A DNA stretch of 64,000 bases from contig JBGSMF010000263.1 of assembly GCA_041740315.1 (NCBI GenBank), forward strand, positions 2,165 through 66,164, read 5' to 3'. Under the pieces are notes generated by a model. The model was not told the DNA's origin. It searched no databases and was given only the letters and a program-made list of their open reading frames with translations. The DNA comes from Thermoflexales bacterium. GTDB taxonomy: Bacteria; Chloroflexota; Anaerolineae; Fen-1058. Of this stretch, positions 56,854 through 64,000 are shown in pieces (within the stretch, counting starts at the first letter, position 1; the number at the start of each line of letters is the position of its first letter). Position numbers and translations under genes: made by a program.

Positions 56854-57282
56854 TCAAACCTCGTCGCTATCCCGCTTGCTCACATACACAATGTCGTGCG
56901 TTTTATATCCCTCGCGCGCAAACAGCGCCTGCGAAGAGGCGTTATCGCCTTCGATCAAGGCGGCAAAAATGTGGATGCCCATCGCGCGCAGCTCGTTTTC
57001 AGTGGCGGTGACCAATTGCGCTGCATAACCCTTGCGGCGATGCTGGGGGTGAATGGCCAGCCGGTTGATCCACCCTTTGCGCGTGTCTTGGGTCACCACC
57101 ACCACGCCAATCAGCTCGCCGCCTTCTTCCAGCCCCAAGATCACTTGCCCGGCAGCCATCTGTGCCGCCATGGTCGCGCGGCTGTCGCGCCCTTGCGCGC
57201 GAATGCTGTGTAGCCCGGCCAACTGCCACAGTCCAATGATTGCGTCGTAATCGTCAATTGTCAAACGTCGAATGGTTGCCAT
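56854..57282 (-). CDS. GNAT family N-acetyltransferase within the nuo operon
   Basis: GWINRLAIHPQHRRKGYA, N..S..LF...GY; start overlaps nuoE stop (TAATG). Confidence 0.88.
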   Translation of the reverse strand: MATIRRLTIDDYDAIIGLWQLAGLHSIRAQGRDSRATMAAQMAAGQVILGLEEGGELIGVVVVTQDTRKGWINRLAIHPQHRRKGYAAQLVTATENELRAMGIHIFAALIEGDNASSQALFAREGYKTHDIVYVSKRDSDEV

Positions 57283-57767
57283 TAACCGGAAAATCGCCGC
57301 AAAAGCAACTCGAACTGTTCTTGAGTGAGGTTTTCAAAATAACTCAGGTCAATTTGCGTCATGGGGGCGCGGTCGCACGCGGCCAGGCACATTACGGTTT
57401 CTACCGTAAACTGGCCGTCCTCCGTCGTTTGCCCGCCGTGGCGCACTTTGTCTGGATCGAGCTTGAGCCGCTGGCACACGTGGTCTACAAACTCGTCTGC
57501 GCCGCGCAGCGCGCATGGCAGATCATCGCAAATTTGGATGACGTGCTTGCCCGTTGCGTGGTCGTAAAACAGCGTATAAAAGCCCACCACCGAGCGCACC
57601 TCGGTTGGATCCAGCTCCACAATCTGTGCTATCTCGCGGGTGACCTCATCGGTGCAGTGGCCGTACACCTTTTGCGCCAGGTGCAGCAGCGGCATCACTG
57701 CCGAACGCCTGGCCGGGTATTTGGCCAGAATGGCCTCTACATCGTCTCGGTGAGTTTTCAACAGCAT
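57282..57767 (-). CDS. nuoE: NADH-quinone oxidoreductase subunit E
   Basis: RSAVMPLL..AQ, FYTLF, CDDLPC...CLAAC [2Fe-2S] ligands. Confidence 0.95.
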   Translation of the reverse strand: MLLKTHRDDVEAILAKYPARRSAVMPLLHLAQKVYGHCTDEVTREIAQIVELDPTEVRSVVGFYTLFYDHATGKHVIQICDDLPCALRGADEFVDHVCQRLKLDPDKVRHGGQTTEDGQFTVETVMCLAACDRAPMTQIDLSYFENLTQEQFELLLRRFSG

Positions 57768-57872
57768 AACAACCCCAAATTTTTAGGACGCGGATTTTCA
57801 CGGATGCAACGGATGAACACGGATTATCCTAAAAGCATCTGCGTCAATCTGTGTTATCTGTGTCCCAATAGA

Positions 57873-59117
57873 TTAGCGATCCACGTCGCCGAGCACAATA
57901 TCAACACTGCCAATGATGGCCACCAGATCGGCCACCATCGCGCCCTTGGAAAGCTGCGGCAAGGCCGCCAGGTTGGCAAACGATGGGCAGCGAAAATGCA
58001 CCCGGCGCGGCAGGCCGCTGCCATCGCTGCACAAATAAACGCCAAACTCGCCGCGCGGCGATTCGACCGCCGTGTACACCTCGCCCACCGGCGGGCGAAA
58101 GCCCTCGGTCCACAGCTTGAAATGATGGATGAGCGCTTCCATGCTATAGGCCAGTTCTTCCTTGGGCGGCGGCGCCACTTTGCGGTCATCGGCAATGTAT
58201 GGGCCGCCAGGCAATGTATCTAGTGCTTGCTGAATAATCCGTAGGCTTTCCCACATCTCCATCATCCGGCAGCGATAGCGGTCGTACACGTCGCCATTTT
58301 GGCCCAGGGGCACATCGAACTGGAAATGGTCGTAGCTGGAATACGGCATGGCCTTGCGGATATCCCAGTTGACGCCGCTGCCGCGCAGGCTGGGGCCTGT
58401 CATGCTCCACGCGATAGCCGTTTTGGCGTCTACCACGCCAATGCCCTGGGTGCGGTCTAGCCACAAGGGGTTTTCCTTCAGCAGCGCCTCGTACTCTTGT
58501 ATGCGCCCTGGCATCAGCTTGAGAAATTGTTGAACTGCCGGCGCAAAATCGGCGGGCACGTCGCGCCACAGCCCGCCAGGGCGAAAATAGCTGGCCATCA
58601 TCCGCTGCCCCGAAACCAGCTCGATGATGTCTAAAATAGCCTCGCGCTCGCGGAAACAGTACAAGAACATGCTCATTGCGCCGATATCCAGCGCGTGCGT
58701 GCCCAGCCAGACCAGGTGGCTGGCAATGCGAGACAGCTCGCACAAAATCACCCGCACGTACTGCGCCCGCGGCGGCACCGGCACATCCATCAATTTTTCC
58801 ACGGCCATGCAATAGCCCAGGTTGCTCGAGAGCGGCGACAGATAATCCATTCGATCCGTCAGCGGGATGACCTTGACATAGGTTTCTTTTTCAGCCGTCT
58901 TTTCAATGCCGGTGTGCAAAAAGCCGACATCTGGCACGCAACTGATGACATTTTCGCCATCTAGCTCCAACAGCAGGCGCAGCACGCCGTGGGTGCTGGG
59001 ATGCTGCGGGCCCATGTTCAGCAGCATTGTCTCGCCGCTGATGGCGCGCTCGGAAACCAAACTTTTCAATTGGTCGAGTGTGACCTCACTCACTCCAGAT
59101 TCTTGCAGAGTAGGCAT
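57873..59117 (-). CDS. nuoD: NADH-quinone oxidoreductase subunit D
   Basis: NMGPQHPSTHGVLR, GFLHTGIEK, DRMDY, RIASH, ESPRGE, LGDVDR. Confidence 0.97.
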   Translation of the reverse strand: MPTLQESGVSEVTLDQLKSLVSERAISGETMLLNMGPQHPSTHGVLRLLLELDGENVISCVPDVGFLHTGIEKTAEKETYVKVIPLTDRMDYLSPLSSNLGYCMAVEKLMDVPVPPRAQYVRVILCELSRIASHLVWLGTHALDIGAMSMFLYCFREREAILDIIELVSGQRMMASYFRPGGLWRDVPADFAPAVQQFLKLMPGRIQEYEALLKENPLWLDRTQGIGVVDAKTAIAWSMTGPSLRGSGVNWDIRKAMPYSSYDHFQFDVPLGQNGDVYDRYRCRMMEMWESLRIIQQALDTLPGGPYIADDRKVAPPPKEELAYSMEALIHHFKLWTEGFRPPVGEVYTAVESPRGEFGVYLCSDGSGLPRRVHFRCPSFANLAALPQLSKGAMVADLVAIIGSVDIVLGDVDR

Positions 59118-59136
59118 ACTTGTCCTGCGTTGGGTA

Positions 59137-59661
59137 TTAGGTATTGGGCATGGCATACGGCTTTTGACTGTCTATTTCGTCAAAGTTGTGCGTGAATTGC
59201 ACTTGTTCTACATACAACCCCAGGTGATCCCGGCGCATGGGGTGCCCCATATAGTCTTCGGGCAGCAGCAAGCGGCGGAGATCGGGGTGACCCACAAACG
59301 TAATACCAAACAAATCATAGACCTCGCGCTCGTACCAGTTTGCGCCCGGCCACACACCCGTCACCGATTGCACCTGTGCAGCTTGCTGGAGCACGCGCAC
59401 CTTGAGCCGCAGGCGGATGTTGTGAGACATTGAGTAAAGCTGGTAGTTGAGGTCAAAGCGGGGATCGCGCGGCAAATGGTCTACGGCGCATAAATCTGTG
59501 AACATGTTGAACGCCATTTCATCGCGCAAGAATGTAGCTAGCTCAACCAAATGCTCAGATTGAACCACCAGCGTCACTTGGCCGCGAAACTCGATCACCT
59601 CGATCACGGCGTTGGCAAAGCGCTCGCGCAGTTCTAGGGCAATCGTCTTCAAATCCGTCAT
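59137..59661 (-). CDS. nuoC: NADH-quinone oxidoreductase subunit C
   Basis: ANWYEREVYDLFGI.F.GHPDLRR, GHPMRRD. Confidence 0.95.
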   Translation of the reverse strand: MTDLKTIALELRERFANAVIEVIEFRGQVTLVVQSEHLVELATFLRDEMAFNMFTDLCAVDHLPRDPRFDLNYQLYSMSHNIRLRLKVRVLQQAAQVQSVTGVWPGANWYEREVYDLFGITFVGHPDLRRLLLPEDYMGHPMRRDHLGLYVEQVQFTHNFDEIDSQKPYAMPNT

Positions 59662-59672
59662 CTTTCCACTTC

Positions 59673-60155
59673 CTACTTCCAATCCGCCAGTTTTTCGCCC
59701 TTGACCTTTTCGTGCAACTTGATAATGCCGTCAATCAGCGCCTCGGGGCGGGGCGGGCAGCCTGCCACGTACACATCCACCGGCACAATCTCGTCTACCC
59801 CCTGCACAATGGCATAGTTGTTAAACACCCCTCCGTTCGAAGCGCAATCGCCCATTGCAATCACCCACTTGGGGTCTGGCATCTGGTCGTACAAGCGGCG
59901 CAGCACTGGGGCCATCTTGCGCGATACGCGCCCGGCTACAATCATCAAATCGCTCTGGCGCGGGCTGGCGCGCATCAGTTCCATGCCAAAGCGGCTCAGA
60001 TCATAATGGCTGGCCTGCGCGCTCATCATTTCGATGGCGCAACAGGCCAGGCCAAACAACATGGGCCACATGGCGTTGGTGCGCGACCAGTTGACAACCT
60101 TTTCCAACGTGGTCGTCAGCACACCCAGATTGCCCAGCTTTTGCTCTAGTCCCAT
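59673..60155 (-). CDS. nuoB: NADH-quinone oxidoreductase subunit B
   Basis: [28 protein letters not shown]. Confidence 0.97.
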   Translation of the reverse strand: MGLEQKLGNLGVLTTTLEKVVNWSRTNAMWPMLFGLACCAIEMMSAQASHYDLSRFGMELMRASPRQSDLMIVAGRVSRKMAPVLRRLYDQMPDPKWVIAMGDCASNGGVFNNYAIVQGVDEIVPVDVYVAGCPPRPEALIDGIIKLHEKVKGEKLADWK

Positions 60156-60511
60156 TCAAACGCCCCCTTTTTCCACGCATACACATACCCCACCAGCAAA
60201 ATGAGGACAAACACAATCATCTCGCCCAACAAAAACCAGCCGGCCTCACCGGCCCCCCTTAGCAGAACCGCCCAGGGGAACAAGAAAATAATCTCTACGT
60301 CGAACAAGATGAACAGGACCGCCACCAGATAGAACTTGATCGGAAAGCGCCGTTGAGCCGGGCCGATGGGCGTCATGCCAGATTCGTAGGCGCTTTGCTT
60401 GCGCGGCGTGGGGCGGCGCGGGCCCAAAAGCGTGCCCAGCAATACAGCCGCTGCCGCGATAAATGTCGCTACCCCAAAAAGGATCAAGATAGGCAAATAG
60501 CTAGACAACAC
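60146..60511 (-). CDS. nuoA: NADH-quinone oxidoreductase subunit A
   Basis: [27 protein letters not shown]. Confidence 0.96.
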   Translation of the reverse strand: MLSSYLPILILFGVATFIAAAAVLLGTLLGPRRPTPRKQSAYESGMTPIGPAQRRFPIKFYLVAVLFILFDVEIIFLFPWAVLLRGAGEAGWFLLGEMIVFVLILLVGYVYAWKKGAFEWD

Positions 60512-60586
60512 ATCTGCTCCTTTCAACCTCACCCATCTCTATCTATGGGAGGGGTTAGGAGAGGTTAATACAAGCACAACGGTTGT

Positions 60587-60615
60587 ATCTTAGCACAAAC
60601 CATTCTCAAAATCAA
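60587..60615 (-). promoter_or_regulatory. Putative nuo operon promoter
   Basis: Minus strand TTGATT-17 bp-TAAGAT with TG extension. Confidence 0.55.
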
Positions 60616-60723
60616 GACCGATTTCTTTTTAATTGGCGTATTGGTTCAGTCTATCCTATTCCAGCTTAACCCTGGCTGTGGTATAATCCAAAATACATTA
60701 TCGAGGCAATCCAGCTAAATGCT

Positions 60724-62178
60724 ATGACGATTACGATTTTGGGCCTGGGGCCCGGCCGCATCAACCAATTGACGCTTGAAGCGTGGCAACTTTTGACCGA
60801 GGCGTCCGAGCTTTACCTGCGCACGTGCCGGCATCCCACCGTGGCAGGCTTGCCGCCGCACCTGCAATGGCACAGTTTTGATGCGCTGTACGACCAGGCT
60901 GAGGATTTTGAGCATGTCTATGATGCCATCGCCAGCCAAGTGGTGCAATTGGCGCAACGTCCCCAGGGCGTCATTTACGCTGTGCCGGGCCACCCGTTGG
61001 TAGGGGAAGCCACGGTGACGCGCATTCTCAACCTGGCCGAACAAGCCGGCATCAACGCGCGCGTCATCGGCGCGCCCAGTTTTATCGAACCCGTGCTGGA
61101 AGCGCTGCGGCTTGACGCAATGGGCGGGCTGCAAATTTTTGATGCGCTCGACCTGGCCTCCATGCATCACCCGCCGCTCAACCCAGATGTGCCGGCCATC
61201 GTCGGCCAGCTTTACAGCCGCCAGATAGCGGCAGAAGTCAAGCTGACGCTGATGAACCAATACCCCGATGAACACCCGATGACGATTTTGCAGGCCGCCG
61301 GCACACCCAGCCAGCGCAGCGAGTCTTTGCCTCTGTACGAGCTGGACCGGCGTGATTATGATCATCTGACCACTCTGTACGTGCCGCCATTGGCCCAGCC
61401 GGGCGGCCTGGAAATGTTCCAGGATACCATTGCGCGGCTGCGCGCGCCCGACGGCTGCCCGTGGGATCGCGAACAGACTCATCAAACGCTGAGCCGCAAT
61501 CTGATGGAAGAGGCTTTCGAGGTCTTGCAGGTGTTGGATGCCGACGATGCCGGCGCGCTGTGCGAAGAGCTGGGCGACCTGCTTTTGCAAATTGTGCTCC
61601 ACAGCCAGATTGCGGTCGAGTCTGGCGAGTTTAGCATGGCTCAAGTTGTTGCGCACATTGATGCCAAGATCAAGCGCCGTCACCCGCACGTGTTTGGCAA
61701 CATTCAGGTTTCGGGCGTGGACGATGTCATTAGCAACTGGGAAGCTATCAAACAGGGTGAACGCGAGCAAGCCAACCACCAGGCCGCAACTAACAAGTCT
61801 ATACTGGCCGGTGTGCCAGCGGCGCTGCCGGCATTGGCCCAGGCCGAGGCCTATGGCGAACGGGCTGCCCGCCTGGGCTTTGATTGGCCCAATATCGCCG
61901 GCGTGCTGGATAAAGTGAACGAGGAACTGCGCGAGCTTGAGCAAACTACAGAAGCCCAAGCGCGCACAGCCGAATTTGGCGATCTGTTGTTTGCCTTGGT
62001 CAATGTGGCTCGCTGGCTGGGCATTGACCCAGAAGCGGCCCTGCGGCAGGCCAATGCCAAGTTTGCCAGCCGCTTTCAAGGAGTAGAGGAACAAGCCCGC
62101 GCTCAGGGGCGCGCGCTCCCTCAGATGAGCCTGGATGAAATGGAGCAGCTTTGGCAGGCCGTTAAAGCAGCAGAGTGA
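60724..62178 (+). CDS. mazG: Tetrapyrrole-methylase-like/MazG nucleoside triphosphate pyrophosphohydrolase (YabN-like)
   Basis: GLGPG, YAVPGHP; LR.PDGCPWDREQT, EELGDLLLQ, RRHPHVF, EFGDLLF. Confidence 0.93.
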   Translation: MTITILGLGPGRINQLTLEAWQLLTEASELYLRTCRHPTVAGLPPHLQWHSFDALYDQAEDFEHVYDAIASQVVQLAQRPQGVIYAVPGHPLVGEATVTRILNLAEQAGINARVIGAPSFIEPVLEALRLDAMGGLQIFDALDLASMHHPPLNPDVPAIVGQLYSRQIAAEVKLTLMNQYPDEHPMTILQAAGTPSQRSESLPLYELDRRDYDHLTTLYVPPLAQPGGLEMFQDTIARLRAPDGCPWDREQTHQTLSRNLMEEAFEVLQVLDADDAGALCEELGDLLLQIVLHSQIAVESGEFSMAQVVAHIDAKIKRRHPHVFGNIQVSGVDDVISNWEAIKQGEREQANHQAATNKSILAGVPAALPALAQAEAYGERAARLGFDWPNIAGVLDKVNEELRELEQTTEAQARTAEFGDLLFALVNVARWLGIDPEAALRQANAKFASRFQGVEEQARAQGRALPQMSLDEMEQLWQAVKAAE

Positions 62179-62201
62179 TTTTTTAAACGAGGAGGAAGCC
62201 T

Positions 62202-62840
62202 GTGGGAGATTTTTTAAAGCTATTGACCCAAGTTGCCGGAATAGTGGCCATGCTCCTGATGATTGGGGCGGGCTATTATCTCTACCGGGCATTGCGCGCG
62301 CGCAAAGAATCGCGCTCGGCCATGTTTGGAGCCGAGCGCCAATCGTCTGGCGATCGGGCAATCCGCGCGGCGTTGAGCAGCATGGCGTTGTTTGGCCTGG
62401 CGCTGTTGTTTTTTGGCATCGCTTTGCTGGGTGAAAACATTAGCCCGCCCACCGTCATCTCAAGCCCCACTCCCACCGCGCCACGCACTACCCCTGCCAC
62501 CGGCGTCACGCCGGCAAAGGTTACGCCTGCCAGCCCAGCCACTGCGGCGGCACCCACCGTAGCGGTGACTCTAGTCATAACACCCACTGCAATCCCCCTG
62601 GTCACGGTGACAGGCGAACCACGCAAGACAGCCGTGGTGAGCGGCGCGGGCGAAAACCTGCTCAAGCTGCGGCGCGAGCCAGCCGTCACCGCCGATATTA
62701 TCGTGCAATATCCAGATGGGACCGTGCTCGAGGTTATGGAAGGCCAGCAGACCAACCAGGGCATTGTCTGGCAACAAGTGCGCGACGCTCAGGGAAACGA
62801 AGGCTGGGTGGCAAACCAATACCTGGTATATAACCCCTGA
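62202..62840 (+). CDS. Membrane protein with Pro/Thr linker and C-terminal SH3-like domain
   Basis: Two TMs, LKLRREP...WQQV....GNEGWVA; GAGGAGG RBS. Confidence 0.8.
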   Translation: MGDFLKLLTQVAGIVAMLLMIGAGYYLYRALRARKESRSAMFGAERQSSGDRAIRAALSSMALFGLALLFFGIALLGENISPPTVISSPTPTAPRTTPATGVTPAKVTPASPATAAAPTVAVTLVITPTAIPLVTVTGEPRKTAVVSGAGENLLKLRREPAVTADIIVQYPDGTVLEVMEGQQTNQGIVWQQVRDAQGNEGWVANQYLVYNP

Positions 62841-62855
62841 GAGCCTGTCTGAAAG

Positions 62856-62881
62856 GTAGGCTTGCATCCTCATGCAAGCCG
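62856..62881 (+). repeat. REP-like palindrome
   Basis: GTAGGCTTGCAT-CCTC-ATGCAAGCCG. Confidence 0.85.
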
Positions 62882-62969
62882 GTGGGTGGGGGTGTTTGCG
62901 CAGAGATGTGCTGGTGCATATCCCCTGAGGCATTCATCGTGGCAGCATTAGGCAGAAAGGATATTTCTC

Positions 62970-63335
62970 ATGAGTAATCGGAACGATGAAATCGAACGAC
63001 TCAAACGACTGCGCGACAAGCAGCTCACCGCGCGCGACCCCCAGGTCTACCAGCGCAAGCTCCACCAGCAAATTAGCCAAAAGCAAAAAAAACACAAAAG
63101 CAAGAAAACTGGGTTAAAAGATATTCTAGATGTCATCCCGCGCAAGTGGCTGGGCATTGTCATCGGCGGATTGCTTGGTATTGCGGTGTGGGTGATCCTC
63201 AACCTGGTGGCAGCAACTGCCTCGTGGGCTGACATAGCTGGCTTGGCGGCTATCGTCCTCTTGGCGATAATCGGCTTTATCATCGGCCAGGCTTTTGACG
63301 TGCGCAACGAGCTGATTGACTTTGCCAGCAAATAA
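62970..63335 (+). CDS. Hypothetical two-TM membrane protein
   Basis: 121 aa, AAAGGA RBS, basic N-terminus and two hydrophobic helices. Confidence 0.75.
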   Translation: MSNRNDEIERLKRLRDKQLTARDPQVYQRKLHQQISQKQKKHKSKKTGLKDILDVIPRKWLGIVIGGLLGIAVWVILNLVAATASWADIAGLAAIVLLAIIGFIIGQAFDVRNELIDFASK

Positions 63336-63393
63336 CTGCTCAGCCTACCCTCCCGCAGGCTATAGCGAACCTGCGGGAGGGTGAGCAGTTCAC
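63332..63393. mobile_element. Short copy of the 26860 MITE, opposite orientation
   Basis: TAACTGCTCAGCCTACCCTCCCGCAGG ... CCTGCGGGAGGGTGAGCAGTT. Confidence 0.78.
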
Positions 63394-63438
63394 CACAAAT
63401 AAATAACCACCGTACTGAGCGACAGCAAAGGAGCAACC

Positions 63439-64000
63439 ATGCAATATCGAACTTTTGGAAAACTGGACTGGAAGCCTTCTGCATTGGGCTTTGGCGCGAT
63501 GCGCCTGCCGGTGATTGATGACGACGCCGGCAAAATTGACGAGCCGCAAGCCACCCGCATGCTGCGCTATGCCATTGATCACGGCGTCAACTATGTGGAT
63601 ACGGCCTATCCCTATCATCGTGGTGAAAGCGAAAAATTTGTAGGGCGGGCGCTTCAAGACGGCTATCGAGAGAGAGTGCGGCTGGCAACCAAACTGCCTT
63701 CCTGGCTCGTCAAAAGCACCGACGACTTTGATCGCTTTCTCAACGAACAATTGGAACGCTTACAGACGGATCACATTGACTTTTATCTCCTTCACGCCCT
63801 CAATGCCAGCCATTGGGACAACCTGCCCAAGTTCAAGGTGTTTGATTGGGCCGAGCGGGCAATGGCAGATGGCCGCTTTCACTACCTGGGCTTTTCCTTC
63901 CACGATGAGTATGAGGTGTTTCAGAAAATAATAGATGGATATGACAATTGGACCTTTTGCCAAATTCAATACAACTATATGGATGAAGAGCACCAGGCCG
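63439..64000 (+). CDS. Aldo/keto reductase (runs off window)
   Basis: Translated by hand: MQYRTFGK...ALGFGAMRLP, GVNYVDTAYPYH, LATKLP, LQTDHIDFYLLH, LGFSFH; AAGGAG RBS. Confidence 0.92.
   Translation, partial: MQYRTFGKLDWKPSALGFGAMRLPVIDDDAGKIDEPQATRMLRYAIDHGVNYVDTAYPYHRGESEKFVGRALQDGYRERVRLATKLPSWLVKSTDDFDRFLNEQLERLQTDHIDFYLLHALNASHWDNLPKFKVFDWAERAMADGRFHYLGFSFHDEYEVFQKIIDGYDNWTFCQIQYNYMDEEHQA

Noticed and set aside
60715-62361. 548-aa minus-strand ORF
   Set aside because: Antisense shadow of mazG.
1-64000. tRNA, rRNA, prophage or full-length transposase
   Set aside because: None recognised; all long ORFs are accounted for and the intergenic gaps are short.

Overview
GC-rich bacterial chromosome segment, most consistent with Chloroflexota (Anaerolineae-like), dominated by respiratory genes. 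Left end: tail of a '2M' complex I cluster (nuoL-M-M-N) running straight into an F0-only ATP synthase block (gene 1, a, c, b-delta fusion; no F1 genes). Middle: murE and glycan genes, a TPP riboswitch-thiN-thiB unit, a xanthine-dehydrogenase-type molybdoenzyme cluster, spoVS/PHP/holB, an ECF sigma/anti-sigma envelope operon, a GAF histidine kinase, cydAB with a fused cydDC, surE and hpt. Right: a complete 14-subunit nuoA-N operon on the minus strand, interrupted three times: a GNAT (nuoE/F), a four-gene DUF488-DUF488-dual-OB-615 aa helical protein cassette (nuoF/G), and an antisense TumA/TumE-like toxin-antitoxin pair (nuoL/M). The nuoF/G cassette is the best candidate for an undescribed system. 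The window is also full of miniature repeats: MITEs (one with an 8-bp target duplication), GTAG-type REP palindromes, and 6/7/9-mer tandem arrays at gene junctions and in frame inside CydDC, NuoG and NuoL. No rRNA, tRNA or CRISPR array seen. Family calls come from motif recognition, not database searches.
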